From positions 1 through 40,155 of the forward strand of contig JBFGJG010000039.1 of NCBI GenBank assembly GCA_041577295.1: a stretch of 40,155 nucleotides of DNA, in the 5' to 3' direction. Of the stretch, positions 38,024-40,155 are shown in pieces (the first letter of the stretch is position 1; each line of letters opens with the position of its first letter). A program made the position numbers and the translations under genes. The stretch is from Gemmatimonadales bacterium. Its GTDB lineage: Bacteria; Gemmatimonadota; Gemmatimonadetes; Gemmatimonadales; GWC2-71-9. The notes under the pieces are model-generated. The model was not told the DNA's origin and made no database searches. It worked only from the letters and a program-made list of their open reading frames with translations.

Positions 38024-38811
38024 TTCCGACCTGCCAGGAACTGGACCATCGCCTCCAGCTGAGCGGCGGATAGCTGGTCACCGAACGTCGTGGGCATCAT
38101 GCCGGCGAACTGCTGAAAACCGTCCGCGACTTCGACATTAGGATCGATGATTCCTCGTCGAATGCGATCGACTGAGATACGGGCCCCCATACCGTCGAAT
38201 GACGGACCGATGGGTGGTCCTTGTCCATCGAGCTGGTGACATCCCAGACATGCGTTCTCTTGGAGGAGTTGCCGCGGATCTGTGGTCGTCGAGCGCGGCG
38301 GGGCGGCGGCGGTCTGCATTCCCACCGACTCTCCTCCGCCGCTGCCTTGCAGATCGGCGCCGGTGACGGTGACCTCACCACCGAGCGATTGCAGGTACGC
38401 CACGACCGTCCAGATTTGATCCTCCGTGAGCTGTCTCCGCATGTCGGGCATGATGTTGCCGAAGCCGGACACGAGAATAGCCCCGGGATCCACCATGGAC
38501 TCGTAGAGATAGGTCTTACAGTCTTTACCGGGCTCCCGACCGGCGCAGCGAGCCCCAATCACCCCCTCGCCGGCGTGGTCCGTCAGCAGATTGGGCGCCC
38601 GCGTCCCGAGGCCGTGGCAGGCGGTGCACCCCCCCGCACCGTTGTACAGTCGTTCTCCCGCCGCCACCAGCTCGTCAACGGTCACGTCGGCACCGAGCGT
38701 CAGTTGCTCGGGGACCTCGGATTCCAGCTGGGGAATGATGTGCGCGACCATCGTGTAGAATAGGATGACCGCCACCGCGACAGCCCCAACCTTGAGATTC
38801 GTGACCCACAT
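38020..38811 (-). CDS. membrane-anchored diheme cytochrome c
   Basis: N-terminal TM, CTACH...IMP and CLGCH...MMP. Confidence 0.88.
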   Translation of the reverse strand: MWVTNLKVGAVAVAVILFYTMVAHIIPQLESEVPEQLTLGADVTVDELVAAGERLYNGAGGCTACHGLGTRAPNLLTDHAGEGVIGARCAGREPGKDCKTYLYESMVDPGAILVSGFGNIMPDMRRQLTEDQIWTVVAYLQSLGGEVTVTGADLQGSGGGESVGMQTAAAPPRSTTTDPRQLLQENACLGCHQLDGQGPPIGPSFDGMGARISVDRIRRGIIDPNVEVADGFQQFAGMMPTTFGDQLSAAQLEAMVQFLAGRK

Positions 38812-38817
38812 GACCGT

Positions 38818-40155
38818 TTACTCCATTCCCGCTGGCTGAAGCACCGGGCCGCCCCTGGGCTCCTCCGTATGTGCCGTCGCCCGCTCGGCGAGGCCGCCGA
38901 GCCAGAAGATGAAAGCCACAAGACCGAGGAACACCAACACGCACAGACTAATCATGTTGGCGGCATAACCCAATGCCGGAGTGGCGGCGTGGGCGCTGGT
39001 GTCTCGCATGACCTCCCACACGTGCCAGTGCTGCCGAATCCCGCTGCGGGCAAACCCCATAAGACCCATGAGCCACGTGAAGGTCACTGCGAGGATGAAC
39101 AGCGCGTACTGCGCCCTATCCGGCATCTGTCCCCAGCGGATGGCCCCCCGCGATGTGGCGCCACGCAGCAAAAAGATGTCGATGACCGTCACACCGATGA
39201 TGCACGCCAGTACGGCGCCAACCTGATAGACGCTATAGCCGATCCGGACGATTGCCTCCACGAAATAGCCCCGGATCCCGTAGAAGATCACCACGCCGGC
39301 TGCCAACGCGAACATGGCTGCTTCGATGAGCGTCCCGTTCCGCGCCCAGGGCACCGCGGGCTCTTTGTTGCCTCGCCGATACAGCATGAACGATAGGAAC
39401 GTGGTCAGGATCATGAGGTTCACCGCGGTATTCTTCGCGCTCATCACCCCAAGGACGCTCAGGAAGGGGTGGTGGGAACCGCCCATGGCTGCCAATTCCG
39501 CCCGGTTGGCGATCATGGTGTGCGGTGTGGCCCAGACGATCCAACAGACCACCAGAATGAGGAGCATCCACTTGGTGTACGGCGTGAACCTCTCGGCGCC
39601 GGGGATGCGCTGCATGCCGAGCCAGAGATAGTAGTTTGCCGCCAGGAAGAGGACGCCAATGAGCACCGCTTGCACGATCCAGAGCCAGCTCATGAACCCA
39701 CCCATCATCGTGATGCCCATTTGCTGGTTGTACTCGTAGATCTCGCGCCCGAGCCAATAGCCGGCGAACGGCAGCACGATGAACGTGCTGATCGCAATGA
39801 AATTGCCGACGTAGCCCATCCAATCGTAATGGGCTTTGTCCTCCGCCGTCTTCGCCGCCAGGAACCGATAGCCCGCGTACGCTGCCACGATCGAGCCCCC
39901 GAACACCGCGTTGGCAATCAACCGGTGGATGTTGATCGGCATCCACGTCGCGTTGGCGATGGCATTCCACATGGTCACCTCGGCCGGCAGCCCCGCCACC
40001 GTCGTCCCCGCTGGTGGTGACATCATGTACGTCAGCCAGCCGTTGGCGATGAACATCACGATCGTACCCCACACGTTGAGCAACACGCCGAGTCCCAAAT
40101 GTCCCCACTTGGCACGTCCGGCTTTCCAGCGGTCCCACCCGTAGTAATAGAGGTA
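38818..40155 (-). CDS. cytochrome bd oxidase subunit I-like (CydA-like) membrane protein; 5' end outside window
   Basis: Frame open to window edge: YLYYYGWDRW...H...ANGWLTYMMSP...NIHRLIAN...P..GYWLGREI...MGFARSGIRQHW, echoing CydA FGW.R, ANSWM, H186 and GRQPW motifs. Confidence 0.75.
   Translation of the reverse strand, partial: YLYYYGWDRWKAGRAKWGHLGLGVLLNVWGTIVMFIANGWLTYMMSPPAGTTVAGLPAEVTMWNAIANATWMPINIHRLIANAVFGGSIVAAYAGYRFLAAKTAEDKAHYDWMGYVGNFIAISTFIVLPFAGYWLGREIYEYNQQMGITMMGGFMSWLWIVQAVLIGVLFLAANYYLWLGMQRIPGAERFTPYTKWMLLILVVCWIVWATPHTMIANRAELAAMGGSHHPFLSVLGVMSAKNTAVNLMILTTFLSFMLYRRGNKEPAVPWARNGTLIEAAMFALAAGVVIFYGIRGYFVEAIVRIGYSVYQVGAVLACIIGVTVIDIFLLRGATSRGAIRWGQMPDRAQYALFILAVTFTWLMGLMGFARSGIRQHWHVWEVMRDTSAHAATPALGYAANMISLCVLVFLGLVAFIFWLGGLAERATAHTEEPRGGPVLQPAGME

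Overview
GC-rich bacterial chromosomal window with dense coding. Gene content and style suggest Gemmatimonadota, which is an inference and not a search result. I saw no rRNA, tRNA, IS/phage or CRISPR. In order it holds: a partial TrmH-like gene, thiD, a cN-II-type HAD 5'-nucleotidase, a DUF2071-like gene and an M48 protease; an ECF sigma/anti-sigma operon with two exported HEAT-repeat proteins; a purine nucleoside scavenging operon (5'-nucleotidase/CpdB-like, ThiS-like, add, nupC, PNP) divergent from phoB-phoR; a 1.1 kb non-standard gap; pstSCAB1B2-phoU; a rhomboid-eutN-eutN-deoC unit; dnaK and degP; and a long respiratory operon (CydA-like protein, three c-type cytochromes, a cupredoxin-like lipoprotein, A1-type heme-copper oxidase subunits II/I/III/IV, ctaB). 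Three signals stand out. (1) The phoR-pstS gap holds two 11-bp-phased PHO-box-like arrays, a probable TonB-receptor remnant, and a 12-unit array of TG-N8-CA dyads at an exact 21-bp period. (2) DeoC carries an N-terminal encapsulation-peptide-like helix and lies beside two microcompartment vertex genes. (3) A CydA-like/multi-cytochrome c/cupredoxin module, with no cydB downstream, shares an operon with a cytochrome c oxidase. All product calls come from motif recognition by eye.
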